DNA from: Candidatus Eiseniibacteriota bacterium
Lineage (GTDB): Bacteria; Eisenbacteria; RBG-16-71-46
DNA length: 64,000 nucleotides
Assembly (NCBI GenBank): GCA_963725865.1
Contig: CAVSAC010000012.1
Coordinates: 704,001-768,000, forward strand
Direction: 5' to 3'
The translations under genes and the position numbers were made by a program. Positions 49,864 through 60,682 of the stretch are shown here, in pieces; position 1 is the stretch's first letter, and every line of letters begins with the position of its first letter. A model generated the notes under the pieces. The model had not been told where the DNA came from, made no database searches, and worked only from the letters and a program-made list of their open reading frames with translations.

Positions 49864-51927
49864 ATGTGCGGCATCGCTGGATTGTACGAGCGGGAGGGCC
49901 GCGCCGATCTCGGCCGCCTGCTCGCGATGTCGCGGTTGATGCGCCACCGCGGTCCCGACGACGAGGGCATCCTGCTGGCCGACGTCGCGGGGAACGGCGT
50001 GCTGGCGCTCGGCGGGCCCGACACGCCGGCCGACGTCTACACCAGCCCGCACGCGTACGCACCCGGACGCCTCGAGGGGCGCGGCGCCGCCGGTCATCAC
50101 GGTGTCGGCCTGCTGCATCGCCGGCTCGCGATCCTCGACCTGAGCCCGGCCGGCCACCAGCCGATGTGCGACCGCGAGCGCCGGCTGTGGCTCACGTTCA
50201 ACGGCGAGATCTACAACTGGGTCGAGCTGCGTCGCGAGCTCGAGGGGCTCGGCGACACGTTCACGAGCGCCTCCGACTCCGAGGTCATCCTGGCCGCGTA
50301 CCGGCGCTGGGGGCCGGAGTGCCTGCCGCGCTTCAACGGCATGTTCGCGCTCGCGATCTGGGACACGCACGAGCGCCGGCTGTTCTGCGCGCGCGACCGC
50401 TTCGGCGTGAAGCCGTTCTATTACCAGCACGAGGCGGGGCGGCTGGCGTTCGCCTCGGAGCCCAAGGCGCTGGTCCTCACGCAGCCGGGGCGCATCGCGG
50501 TGCGCGACGAGGCGGTGCGCGACCTGCTCGCGCTCGACTGGGTCGATCACGAGACGAGCACGTTCTTCGAGGGGCTGCGGCAGCTGCCGCCCGCGCACTG
50601 GCTGGCCATGAGCGAGCGCGGGCTCGAGATCCGCCGCTGGTGGTCGCTCGATCCGAAGCGACGCGCCACCAGCCCGCCCGCGCAGTGGACCGAGGAGTTC
50701 GCCGAGCTGTTCACCGACGCGGTGCGACTGCGGCTGCGCGCGGACGTGGCGGTGGGCTCGTGCCTCTCCGGCGGTCTCGACTCCTCCGCGGTGGTCACCA
50801 CCATGGCGCGGCTCGGCGCCGCCGACCAGCACACGTTCTCGTGCGCGTACGACGTGCCGGGCTTCGACGAGCGCCCGCACATCGACGCCGCGGTCGCCGC
50901 GAGCGGCGCGCACCCGCACCTGGTGGTGCCGGATGGCGCCGACTTCTGGAGCGTCTTCGACCGGCTCGCCTACCAGCAGGACGAGCCCACCGCGGGCTCG
51001 GGGCTGTTCTCGCAATGGAAGGTGATGGAGCTGGCGCATGGCCGCGGCCTCAAGGTGCTGCTCGACGGGCAGGGTGGCGACGAGACGCTCGCCGGCTACT
51101 TCCGCTACCTGCCGATCGCGCTGCGCGACCGGCTCGCGGCCGGCGACCTGGTGGGCTTCGCGCGCGGATTCGGCGACGTCGCGGGGCGGCTGGGGGCGGC
51201 GACCACGCTGGCGCTCACGCTCGAGCCGTGGCTGCCCCGGGCGCTGTTCGCGCCGCTGCGGCGGCGCTTCGGGCAGGGCAAGGACCGCGTGCTCGCGCCG
51301 CGCCTGCGCGCGCTGCCCGCGCATCCGCCGCGCCCGTCGCGCGAGTTCCCGACCGCGCTGTCGCGGCAGCTGGCGTTCGACACGCTGCAGCGCCTGCTGC
51401 CCTCGCTGCTGCGCTACGAGGACCGCAACAGCATGGCGTTCTCGATCGAGACGCGGCTGCCGTTCCTCGACTACCGGCTGGTCGAATTCGTGTTCGCGCT
51501 GCCGGACGACCAGCGCCTCGAGGGCACGACCACCAAGGCGATCCTGCGGCGCGCGCTCGCCGACCGGGTGCCCGCGAGCGTCCGCGAGCGGCGCGACAAG
51601 ATGGGCTTCGAGACTCCGACCGACCTGTGGCTGCGCACGCGCCACGCCGGCGAGGCGCGGCGGCGATTGACGCGCGAGGGGGTGCTCGACCGCTGGCTCG
51701 ACGGCGGCGCGCTGCGCACCGAGCTCGAGGACTTCCTCGCCGGACGGCGCGCGATCGGGCTGCAGGTGTGGCGCTGGCTCGCGCTCGAATCGTGGGCGCG
51801 CCGCTTCGTGGCGGTCGACGCGCGCGTGGGCGCGCGGGAGGCCGAGGAGGTCTGGAGCGCCGGACATCACCGCACGTACCTCGAGGTGGTGACCGGTCGG
51901 CCGCCCGCGCGGGAGGACGGCGCGTAG
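49864..51927 (+). CDS. asnB: Asparagine synthase (glutamine-hydrolysing) family amidotransferase
   Basis: MCGIAG, HRGPDD, FNGEIYN, LSGGLDSS, GQGGDE, ETRLPFLD. Confidence 0.9.
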   Translation: MCGIAGLYEREGRADLGRLLAMSRLMRHRGPDDEGILLADVAGNGVLALGGPDTPADVYTSPHAYAPGRLEGRGAAGHHGVGLLHRRLAILDLSPAGHQPMCDRERRLWLTFNGEIYNWVELRRELEGLGDTFTSASDSEVILAAYRRWGPECLPRFNGMFALAIWDTHERRLFCARDRFGVKPFYYQHEAGRLAFASEPKALVLTQPGRIAVRDEAVRDLLALDWVDHETSTFFEGLRQLPPAHWLAMSERGLEIRRWWSLDPKRRATSPPAQWTEEFAELFTDAVRLRLRADVAVGSCLSGGLDSSAVVTTMARLGAADQHTFSCAYDVPGFDERPHIDAAVAASGAHPHLVVPDGADFWSVFDRLAYQQDEPTAGSGLFSQWKVMELAHGRGLKVLLDGQGGDETLAGYFRYLPIALRDRLAAGDLVGFARGFGDVAGRLGAATTLALTLEPWLPRALFAPLRRRFGQGKDRVLAPRLRALPAHPPRPSREFPTALSRQLAFDTLQRLLPSLLRYEDRNSMAFSIETRLPFLDYRLVEFVFALPDDQRLEGTTTKAILRRALADRVPASVRERRDKMGFETPTDLWLRTRHAGEARRRLTREGVLDRWLDGGALRTELEDFLAGRRAIGLQVWRWLALESWARRFVAVDARVGAREAEEVWSAGHHRTYLEVVTGRPPAREDGA

Positions 51928-51936
51928 CGCCGGCGC

Positions 51937-53064
51937 ATGGACCTCGTCGTGCTCTCGGAGGTGCGCTGGGGCTACTTCCGCACCCGGAAGCAGTTCCTGC
52001 TGTCGCGCTTCCCCGACCGCTGGCGGGTGTTCTTCGCGCAGCCGCCGGCGGCGGGCGCGGACGACCCGTGGACGCCTCGCCGCGAGGGGAACGTGACGTA
52101 CTTCAGCGTGCCGTTCCTCAAGCCCGGTACCACCAGCCCGCTCTACAACGGCGTGGTGGCCACCGCGCCCGGCCGCATGGCGATCGAGGCGGCGGCGGAG
52201 CTCTGGCTGGCGCGCGCCCTGAGGCGGCTCGGCGTGGCGCCCGATCCGGTGGTGATGGTGTCCAACATCTACGCCCCGGGTGCCCTGTCGCGGCTGCGCA
52301 AGGCCATGGTATTCTACGATTTCAACGATGATCCCTTTCAGTTCGCGGGGGTCCCGGCATGGGCCCGCGCGTATTGGCGGCGCACGCTCGACCAGGTGGA
52401 TGCCTTGTTCGTCGTCTCGGAGTTCTACCGTCGTCGACTGAGCAGCGAGATCTCGAAGCCGTTGACGCTGCTCGGCAACGGCGTCGAGGTCGCGCACTTC
52501 GAGTCGCCGCGGGCGCTGCCCGAGGACTTGGCGACCCTGCCACGCCCGCTCATCGGGTATGTCGGACTGCTGTCCCATTTCCTCGACTTCGACGCACTGG
52601 AGGCGATCCGAAGGGCGCGCGCCGGCGGCACCCTGGTGCTGATCGGTCCCCGCTCGCCGGCCACCGACGCGCGGGTGCGCGAGCTGGCGGCGCGCGGGGG
52701 CGTCGCGGTGCTGGGGCCGAAGCCCTACGCCGAGGTGCCGGCCTACATGCAGGGCCTCGACGTCGGCCTCATCCCGTTCCGCGCCGACGATCCGTTCGTG
52801 CAGGGCATCAATCCGAACAAGGTCTACCAGTACCTCGCCGCCGGGCTGCCGGTGGTGACGACGCCGCTGCTCGATCTGCCCGAGGCGCCGCCCCAGCTGT
52901 GGTTCGCCGCCGGCCCGGCGGCGATGGCCGCCGCGGTGTCGGGGGCGCTGGCGTCGCCGGCCGACCGCGGCGCGTGCCGCGCGCTGGCCCGTCCGCACGA
53001 TTGGGGCGCGCTCGCCGCGCGCATGGTGGAGCAGATGGAGTCGCGGCTGGCCGCGGCCTCCTGA
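51937..53064 (+). CDS. GT-B glycosyltransferase (GT4-like)
   Basis: NGV, IGYVG, DVGLIPF, NPNKVYQYLAAGLPVV. Confidence 0.82.
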   Translation: MDLVVLSEVRWGYFRTRKQFLLSRFPDRWRVFFAQPPAAGADDPWTPRREGNVTYFSVPFLKPGTTSPLYNGVVATAPGRMAIEAAAELWLARALRRLGVAPDPVVMVSNIYAPGALSRLRKAMVFYDFNDDPFQFAGVPAWARAYWRRTLDQVDALFVVSEFYRRRLSSEISKPLTLLGNGVEVAHFESPRALPEDLATLPRPLIGYVGLLSHFLDFDALEAIRRARAGGTLVLIGPRSPATDARVRELAARGGVAVLGPKPYAEVPAYMQGLDVGLIPFRADDPFVQGINPNKVYQYLAAGLPVVTTPLLDLPEAPPQLWFAAGPAAMAAAVSGALASPADRGACRALARPHDWGALAARMVEQMESRLAAAS

Positions 53065-53094
53065 GTCCGTCCGACCCGAGATCCCCGGAGCCCC

Positions 53095-55497
53095 ATGTCC
53101 GAGAAGAAGAGCCCCAAGCCGACGCCACGCCGCGCCGCGGCCGGACCCGCGTTCACGCTCACGACCGGCTGGGCCGCGCTCGTGATGGTGCTGCTGGTGG
53201 CGGTGTTCTTCCACGAGCTGGTGGTGGGAGGGAAGACGTTCGTGTCGCCCGATGCGGTGGCGCCCGCGGGGTTCGTGCGCATGGGCGAGCACTCGCTGTG
53301 GGTGGACCACGTCTACCCGCTGTGGAATCCGTACGTGTTCCTCGGCATGCCCTCGTTCGGCAGCGGGGCGTACAACCCGCTCATCTACCCGCCCGATTGG
53401 CCGCTCGCGCTGGTCGCGAAAGTGGTGCCGCTCCCGGACATGACGTGGATGCTCATCTACTATGTGCTCGGCGGGCTGTTCGCGTTCCTGCTCGCGCGCG
53501 AGCTGGGCGCGCGCCCCGAGGGCGCGCTGCTGGGGGCGGCCGCATTCGTGTTCGCGCCCAACCTGGTGGCAGTCGGCTCCCACGGCCACGGCAGCCAGCT
53601 GGTGGACTCCGCGTACCTGCCGCTGCTGGTGTGGCTGACCGCGCGCTGGATGCGACGCGGCGGCCTGCACCACCTCGGCTGGCTGGCGATCGCGGGCGGG
53701 TTCCAGTTCCTGCGCGGCCACGTGCAGGTCTGCTTCTACACCTGGATCGCGGTGGGCCTCTACGCGGGGCTCGCGTGGCTGGAGGGGCTGCGCCGGCCCG
53801 CGGAGCTGCCGCGGCTCACGCTGCGGCTGGCGGGGCTCGGCGTCGCGGTGGCGCTCGCGTTCGGCATCGCGGGGGTCTACGACCTGCCGCTGCGCGACTA
53901 CGCGCGCTGGTCGATCCGCGGCGGCAGCGACGCGGGCGGCGGTACCGGGATGGCGTACGCCACGCAGTGGTCGCTGGCGCCGTACGAGCTGCCGTCGGTC
54001 GTGGTGCCGGGGTGGACCGGCTTCGGCGGGGCGACCTACTGGGGCGGCATGCCGTTCACCGACTACCCGAACGGCTACATGGGGATGATGGCGGTCGTGC
54101 TCGGGCTGTTCGCGTTCACGCGCGGCGGCCTCGCGCGCGCCTTCGCGCTGGCGCTCGCGGCGGTCTCGCTGTGCGTGGCGTTCGGGCGCCACTTCCCACT
54201 GTACGGATTCCTGTACGACCACCTGCCGCTGTTCAACAAGTTCCGCATCCCGGTGATGATCATCCTGCTGTTCCAGCTCGCCGTCGCGCTCGCGCTGGCG
54301 TGGGGCTGGAGCGCCGCGCTGGAGCGTGATCCGGACGCCGCGCGCGGTCGCCGCACCGCGCTGCTCGAGAAAGCGCTGGCGGTCGCCCTCGGCATCGCGC
54401 TGCTCGCGGCCCTGCTGGGGCGCGACAGCTGGCTGACGGCCTACACCCGGTTCGCGGTCCATCAGAAGCCCGACTTCGGCGCCGACGCGGCCGCGTTCGC
54501 GTATCGCGCGTTCATGGGCGACCTCGCGCGCGCGAGCTTCATCGGGCTGCTCGCGCTGGGGCTGTTCGCGCTCGCGCGCCGCGGCCGCCTGCCGGCGGCC
54601 GGCGCCAGCGTGCTCGCGCTGCTGCTGCTCGCGTTCGAGCTGTGGCCGATCAGCACGCGCGTGATGGAGCCGGTGATCGGGCCCGTGGTCGAGCATTCGG
54701 CCGACGTCGGCCGCGACGACGTGGTGGACTTCCTCGTCCAGGCCGCGCCCGCGGACTCCTTCCGCGTGCTCCCGGTCGAGGAGTTCCAGAGCAACCGGTT
54801 CGCGGGTTTCGGGATCGCGACGGTGGGCGGCTACCACGCTGCGAAGACCCGGCTCATCCAGAGCTTCATCGACGCGAATCTCATCGGCGAGCCCGCGTGG
54901 TGGCGGCTGCTGGGCGTGCGCTTCCTCGTCACGCAGCGCGAGTTCCCGGCCACCACGGGCCTGCGCCTGGTCCACGACGGCTCGCAGCGCGTGTACGAGT
55001 TCCCGGTCGTGCTGCCGCGCGCCACGGTGGTGGACCGCTACGTGGTGGTGACGCCGCCGGCGGCGATCCTCGACTCGGTGAAGGCGCAGACCCGCGACGC
55101 CGCCACGACCACGTTCCTCGAGCAGGACCCGAAGCTCGCGCTGGGGCCGGCCGCCGGCGCGCTCGCGCACATCACCTCGTACCGCCTCAACGACGTGCAG
55201 GTGCAGGTCCAGACACCGGCCGCGGCGCTGCTGCGCCTCGCGGACCTGTGGTACCCGGACTGGACCGCCACCGTCGACGGGCGGCCGGCGCCGGTGCTCA
55301 AGGCGGACTACCTGCTGCGGGCGGTCGCGGTCCCCGCCGGCACCCACACCGTGGAGTTCCGGTTCCGATCGCGGGCGCTGCGGACCGGGCTGATGGCGTC
55401 GATCGCCAGCCTGGTGGTGGCGCTCGTCCTGCTCGGCGCGGGTGGGATCGCCCGCCCCCGAAGCGCATCCCCCGTGGCCGGTCGGGAGGCGGCCTGA
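53095..55497 (+). CDS. YfhO-family membrane protein (GT-C)
   Basis: PLWNPYVFLGMP, GHVQ, FNKFRIP, and C-terminal YPDWTATVDG...LRAVAVPAGTHTVEFRF. Confidence 0.85.
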   Translation: MSEKKSPKPTPRRAAAGPAFTLTTGWAALVMVLLVAVFFHELVVGGKTFVSPDAVAPAGFVRMGEHSLWVDHVYPLWNPYVFLGMPSFGSGAYNPLIYPPDWPLALVAKVVPLPDMTWMLIYYVLGGLFAFLLARELGARPEGALLGAAAFVFAPNLVAVGSHGHGSQLVDSAYLPLLVWLTARWMRRGGLHHLGWLAIAGGFQFLRGHVQVCFYTWIAVGLYAGLAWLEGLRRPAELPRLTLRLAGLGVAVALAFGIAGVYDLPLRDYARWSIRGGSDAGGGTGMAYATQWSLAPYELPSVVVPGWTGFGGATYWGGMPFTDYPNGYMGMMAVVLGLFAFTRGGLARAFALALAAVSLCVAFGRHFPLYGFLYDHLPLFNKFRIPVMIILLFQLAVALALAWGWSAALERDPDAARGRRTALLEKALAVALGIALLAALLGRDSWLTAYTRFAVHQKPDFGADAAAFAYRAFMGDLARASFIGLLALGLFALARRGRLPAAGASVLALLLLAFELWPISTRVMEPVIGPVVEHSADVGRDDVVDFLVQAAPADSFRVLPVEEFQSNRFAGFGIATVGGYHAAKTRLIQSFIDANLIGEPAWWRLLGVRFLVTQREFPATTGLRLVHDGSQRVYEFPVVLPRATVVDRYVVVTPPAAILDSVKAQTRDAATTTFLEQDPKLALGPAAGALAHITSYRLNDVQVQVQTPAAALLRLADLWYPDWTATVDGRPAPVLKADYLLRAVAVPAGTHTVEFRFRSRALRTGLMASIASLVVALVLLGAGGIARPRSASPVAGREAA

Positions 55498-55499
55498 CC

Positions 55500-56216
55500 G
55501 TGGAGCGGCTCATCATCATCCCGACGTACAACGAGTGCGAGAACGTCGTGCCGCTGCTCGACCGGCTGATGGCCCTGCCCTACGGTCTGCACGTGCTGAT
55601 CGTGGACGACAACTCACCGGACGGAACCGCGGCCCTGGTCCAGGAGTACATGACTCGGGAGCCTCGGATCCACATGCTCCAGCGCCCGGGCAAGATGGGC
55701 CTGGGGTCGGCGTACCGGGACGGCTTCCGTTTCGCGCTCGAGCAGGGCGCCCAGTACATCTTCGAGATGGATGCCGACTTCTCCCACGACCCGGGGGCGA
55801 TCGGCGAGTTCCTGAAGGCGGCCGAGGACGCCGACGTGGTCCTGGGGTCGCGCTATCTCCACGGCGTCACGGTGGTGAACTGGCCGCTCAGCCGCCTCAT
55901 CCTGTCGTACACGGCCAACCTCTACACGCGCGTCATCACCGGGCTCCCGGTCAACGACGCCACCGGCGGGTTCAAGTGCTTCCGTCGCCGCGCGCTCGAG
56001 GGAGTCCGGCTCGACCGGGTCCAGTCCGACGGCTACGCGTTCCAGATCGAGCTGTCGTTCAAGTGCTGGAAGCGCGGTTTCCGGGTCCGCGAGATCCCCA
56101 TCCTGTTCGTCGATCGCCGGGCCGGCGTGTCCAAGATGAACCGCCGGATCATCTGGGAGGCGGCTTGGATGGTGTGGAAGCTGCGGCTCGTCGACCTGTT
56201 CGGGCGTCTGGAGTGA
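55500..56216 (+). CDS. Polyprenol-monophosphomannose synthase-like GT2 (Ppm1/Dpm1)
   Basis: IIPTYNE, VDDNSPDGT, GLGSAY, EMDADFSH, GSRY, DATGGFK, GYAFQIE. Confidence 0.9.
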   Translation: MERLIIIPTYNECENVVPLLDRLMALPYGLHVLIVDDNSPDGTAALVQEYMTREPRIHMLQRPGKMGLGSAYRDGFRFALEQGAQYIFEMDADFSHDPGAIGEFLKAAEDADVVLGSRYLHGVTVVNWPLSRLILSYTANLYTRVITGLPVNDATGGFKCFRRRALEGVRLDRVQSDGYAFQIELSFKCWKRGFRVREIPILFVDRRAGVSKMNRRIIWEAAWMVWKLRLVDLFGRLE

Positions 56217-56221
56217 GCGTG

Positions 56222-58484
56222 ATGAAGCGTGTCCTGTCCTGCCTGGTGTTCGCGCGGCCTGCTGGTGGCGATGCCCTCCATCGCATCCGCCGCCGGGCGC
56301 TGGACCACCTATATCCGCGCCTTCGGCGTGAGCGATGTCGAGACGGGGCGCGACTCGGTGTGGTTCGGCACCACCGCCGCCGGGCTGCTCCTCCTCGACC
56401 GCCGCACTGGCGCGATCGAGTCGCAGACCCGCGACTTCGGTGGCCTCTCCGGCAACGAGATCTCGGCGCTCGCCTTCGACCGCAGCCACCGACTCTGGGT
56501 CGGCACGCTCGGCGGCGGGATCGGCCGGCTCGCGAACGACGGGCGCTGGTCGCTGGTCAACGCGTTCGACGGCCTGCCGTCGGACTCGGTGACGGTGGTG
56601 AAGGCGTACGGCGACACCGTATGGGTCGGCACTCCGGGCGGCTTCGCGCTCTGGAACGGGCGCGAGATCACGGGCCGGCTGCCGGACGGCGTCAATCCTT
56701 CGCCGTTCGCGAGCGATCGGATCAGCGGCATCGTGATGATCGGGGACTCGCTGTGGATCGCGACCGCGCGCGGCGTCTACCTGAGCACCCTCTCGACCGG
56801 GCTGCAGAACTGGTCGCTCGAGGTCAGCGGCCTGTTCGGCAGCGACGTGACCGGGATGGCGGCGGCCGGCCGGACGCTGTTCGCGGTCTCGAGCGGCCTG
56901 CTCTGGCGACGCGTCGGCGCCAGTTGGTCGCTCGAGAGCGGACTCGGAACCGTCTACCGGATCAGCGAGGACCACGGCGTGGTGCTGGCCTCGTGCAGCA
57001 CCGGGCTCCAGCGCTGGGACGGCACATCGTGGAACCTCGTCGACGCCGCGCTGGCATCGAACGCGAGCGATCCGCCGAACAGCATCCTGGCCGCCGCCTT
57101 CGACGCGACCGGCAAGTTGTTCGCGGGACTCGAGGGCCGGCTGTGGCTGACCGACTCGCTCGGTGTGACGAGCAGCGTGGTCACGCCCGGCCCGGTGGAC
57201 AACAACCTCGTCAACGTGCTCTCCGACGGCGCCGGCATCTACGTGACCACGCGCACGCGCGGCTCGGCGCGCCTGCGCGATGGCGTGTGGCTCAACTGGC
57301 CGGCGGTGGTGTGCGACACCTGCACCGTGCAGCCGTTCTACGTCGGCGACGGCTTCAGCGCATTCGTGGACGCCGACGGACGCAAGTGGTTCTCGATCTG
57401 GGACGATGCGGTCGAGGTGCTGGACGATAACGGTCCGTCCACCCTGTGGACCCACCTGTGGCGCGGCAGCGGTCGCGCCCTCGACAGCCACACTTGGGGC
57501 TGGTGCGCGGCGGTCGACGCCGCCGGCGGGCGCTGGATCGGCGGCGACTCGCCGTGCATCGACTGCGGTCCCAACACCGCGCCGATCGGGATCGACTACT
57601 ACCGCCCGGGCGTGCCGCTGGAGACCGCCTACGTGCGCACCTACTCGCGGGACAGCACCTCCGGCATGCTCGGCAACCAGATCCGCGCGCTCACCGTCGA
57701 CTCGCGCGGCTACATGTGGGTCGGATACGGGACGGCGGGCGGCGACGGCGGCGTGAACTCGTTCCTCATCCCGTTGAATCCGGGGGATTCGATCGACATG
57801 CTGGGCGAGATCTCCGGACTCTCGACACCGGCGGCCAAGAACGTCTTCGGCGTCGTCACCTACGGCGATTCGGTGTGGGTGATGAGCGAGGACGACCTGC
57901 GCCTGTACGTGAACAACGCCACGGCTCAGACTCCGAAGCTCTTCGACAAGCTCGGCCCGGTCGCGGAGCCGGGCTCGGTGCACCCGCTCGAGATCACCTC
58001 CGACGGTTCGGTGTGGATGGCGGCCGACGGCGGGGTGCGCGTGTACCACCCGAACGGCACCCGCGAGGACTTCACCACCGCCAACTCGGCGCTCGCCAGC
58101 AATACCGTGCGCACCATCCGCCGCGAGGTGGGTTCGAACGCGTTGTGGTTCGGGACGACGGGCGGACTCAACCGCTACGATCCCGACTATGTCGCCCCGC
58201 CGGCTCCGCCGCTCGCGAGTCTGCACGTCCGCGTGTTCCCCAATCCGGTGACGCTGACCAACCTCGGGTTCGGATTGCGGCTGACGGGCGAGGGGACGGC
58301 GTATCGGGGCGGCGTGTACGGGATCGACGGCCGCCGGGTGCGGCCGGTGGTGGTCTCCGGCAACGGCGCGGTAGTCTGGGACGGGCGCGACGACAAGGGC
58401 GAGCTGGTGCCGCCCGGCATCTACTTCGTCCACGTCGAAGCGGGAGGTCGGTCGGCGACCGCGCGCGTCGTGGTGCTGCGCTGA
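56222..58484 (+). CDS. Secreted beta-propeller protein with T9SS-like/FlgD C-terminal domain (PorZ-like); probable +1 frameshift in the signal peptide near 56255
   Basis: MKRVLSCLVFA joins GLLVAMPSIASAA in the next frame. Regulator-propeller repeats (GLSGNEISALAFD..LWVGT; LPSDSV; LASNTVRTI..LWFGTTGGL). C-terminus VFPNPV...WDGRDDKGELVPPGIYFV. Confidence 0.7.
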
Positions 58485-58580
58485 GCGCGGCCGGCCGCGC
58501 CCACCGCGGACTGTGAGGACCGAAGTGATCCGATGCGGCCAGGGACGTCACCGACCGGATCCGGTTCAGGCGCGCGTCGC

Positions 58581-59615
58581 GTGAGCGCGCTGGCCGGCCG
58601 CTGCGTCGAGTCCCTGCCGCCCGGCTGGGGCGAGCTCTGCGACGAGGACCCCGGCGCGGGTCCCTCGCATCGTCCCGAGGTGTGGGCGGCGTTCGCCGCG
58701 GCCGTGCCCGGGATGCGATCGGTGCTGCTGCTGGCCGAGCAGGACGGCGTGCTGATCGGCGGCGCGCCGCTCCTGATCGAGCGCCGCGGCGGCCTCTCCT
58801 GGTTGCACGCGCTGCCGTGGGCGCTGTCGGGCGCGCCGCTCGCGCGCGCGGGGCGCCACGCCGAGGTCGACGCCGCGTGCGGCCGCGCGCTGGCCGAGCT
58901 CAAGCGCAGCCTGCGCGCCGCCGGCGGTGGCTGGGCGGTGTACCGCCCGGTGGGTCTGCCGATCGCGACCGCGGCGCTCGAGACCGTGGGCGGCGAGACC
59001 CGGATGCTCGAGGCCTCGGTGGTGGAGCTCGCCGACGGCGGCGCCGCGGCCGCCTGGAAGCGCGTCGACCGGAAGACGCGCACCGAGATGCGGCATGCGC
59101 GCGACACCGGGCTGGTGTTCGCCGAGGAGCCGGGCGCCCTCGAGACGGCGTACGCGCTGCACGTCGCGCAGGGACGCGCGTGGCGGCGCCATCGCCCGCT
59201 GCCACTCGAGCTGGCGCGGCGCGTGCTCGCCGCGGGCAGCGCGGATGCACCGGTCGCCCGGCTGTTCACGCTGCGCGACGGGCGGGGCGTGGTGGCCGCG
59301 CTGCTGGCACTCGACCATCCGCGCGAGACGCTGCCGTGGTGGAGCGGCCTGCACCCGGATGCGCGCTCGCGCCATGCCTCGGCATTGCTGCTCTGGTCGG
59401 TGATCGAGTGGGCGGCGGCGCGAGGGCGCGCGCGGGTGAACCTGGGGGGCAGCGCGGGGCTCGACGCGCTGGCGGCGTTCAAGGCCTCGCTGGGCTCGCG
59501 GGTGGTCCGCTATCCGGTGCGCTGGCTCGATGCCGCCGACGCGCCGCTGGCCGGCCGGCTCGCGGCGCGCCTCCAGCGCCGGCTGCGCGGCCGGCTGGCG
59601 GGGGAGGCCGCGTGA
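58581..59615 (+). CDS. GNAT/FemAB-like acyltransferase (start may be 58533)
   Basis: HRPEVW, LLWSVIEWA...VNLGGS....LAAFKASLG. Confidence 0.75.
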   Translation: MSALAGRCVESLPPGWGELCDEDPGAGPSHRPEVWAAFAAAVPGMRSVLLLAEQDGVLIGGAPLLIERRGGLSWLHALPWALSGAPLARAGRHAEVDAACGRALAELKRSLRAAGGGWAVYRPVGLPIATAALETVGGETRMLEASVVELADGGAAAAWKRVDRKTRTEMRHARDTGLVFAEEPGALETAYALHVAQGRAWRRHRPLPLELARRVLAAGSADAPVARLFTLRDGRGVVAALLALDHPRETLPWWSGLHPDARSRHASALLLWSVIEWAAARGRARVNLGGSAGLDALAAFKASLGSRVVRYPVRWLDAADAPLAGRLAARLQRRLRGRLAGEAA

Positions 59616-60682
59616 AGATCGCGACGCTGTCGAACGCCTCCGTGGTGCACACACAGCGCTGGGTGACGCACTTCCGCGCGCGCGGCCACGACGTGCGCCT
59701 GTTCTCGCTCGAGCCGCCGCCGCCGGGGCTCGCGACCGACGCGCTGCCGCGCGCGCCGCTGCCGGGCGTGCTGCGCTATCCGCTCGCGCTGCCGGCGCTG
59801 CGGCGCGCGCTGGCCGCGTTCCAGCCTGACCTCGTCGACGCGCACTACGTGCCCAACTATGGCCTGCTGGGAGCGCTCTCTGGATGGCGGCCGCTGGTGG
59901 TCTCGGCCTGGGGGTCGGACCTGCTGGTGTCCGGAGGCCGCGACGCGCTCCAGCGCGCCCGCACGCGCTTCGTGCTGCGCCGCGCGGACCTGGTGCTGGC
60001 GGACGCCGAGAACCTCGCGGCCGCCGCGCGCGCGCTGGGCGCGCCGCCGGCCCGCGTGCGCGCGATCCCGTGGGGCATCGACCGCGCGCGCTTCGCGCCG
60101 GCCGCCACGCGCGAGCGCGGCCTGCTGCTCTCGACCCGTATGCACGAGGACATCTACGACATCCCGGTCATCCTCGCCGGCGTGGCGCCCGTGCTCGCGC
60201 GCCACCCGCACGCGCGCCTGGTGCTGACCGGCGACGGGTCGCTGCGGGGAGTACTCGAGCGCGAAGCCGCGCGCCGCCTGCCGGCCGGCCGCTGGAGCTT
60301 TCTCGGTCGCCTCGATCCGGGCGAGCTCGCGGGCTGGCTGGGACGCGCCGAGGTGTACCTGTCGGCCTCGCGCTCGGATTCCACCTCGCTCTCGCTGCTC
60401 GAGGCGATGGCGGCCGGCGCGCTGCCGGTCGTGAGCGACCTCGAGGGCAACCGCGAGTGGGTCGCGGACGGCGAGGGTGCGCGCTGCTTCGTGGTCGGGG
60501 ACGCCGCCGGCCTCACGCGCGCGCTCGAAGCCGCGCTCGCCGACGCGGCCTGGGCGGCCGCCGCGCGCGCGCGCAACGCCCGCGTGATCGCCGAGCGCGG
60601 CGACTGGCACGTCAACCTGGCCCGCATCGAGGCGCTGTTCGCCGCCCTCGCAGCCGGACGCGGAGTGGAGGGCCTGCGATGA
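59612..60682 (+). CDS. GT4-family glycosyltransferase
   Basis: HTQRW, HYVPNYG, WGSD, DSTSLSLLEAMAAG. Confidence 0.85.
   Translation: MKIATLSNASVVHTQRWVTHFRARGHDVRLFSLEPPPPGLATDALPRAPLPGVLRYPLALPALRRALAAFQPDLVDAHYVPNYGLLGALSGWRPLVVSAWGSDLLVSGGRDALQRARTRFVLRRADLVLADAENLAAAARALGAPPARVRAIPWGIDRARFAPAATRERGLLLSTRMHEDIYDIPVILAGVAPVLARHPHARLVLTGDGSLRGVLEREAARRLPAGRWSFLGRLDPGELAGWLGRAEVYLSASRSDSTSLSLLEAMAAGALPVVSDLEGNREWVADGEGARCFVVGDAAGLTRALEAALADAAWAAAARARNARVIAERGDWHVNLARIEALFAALAAGRGVEGLR

Noticed and set aside
49729..55347. Very long minus-strand ORFs (1872 aa here; also 854-3865, 37296-40247, 43620-46340, 55614-58433)
   Set aside because: Antisense shadows of real + strand genes in high-GC DNA; Arg/Ala/Gly-rich with no domain motifs.
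48326..59615. Recurrent C-terminal 'REAA/GEAA' in several ORFs (48339, 55497, 59615)
   Set aside because: By-product of the next gene's GGAGG RBS and start codon overlapping the stop; not a protein motif.
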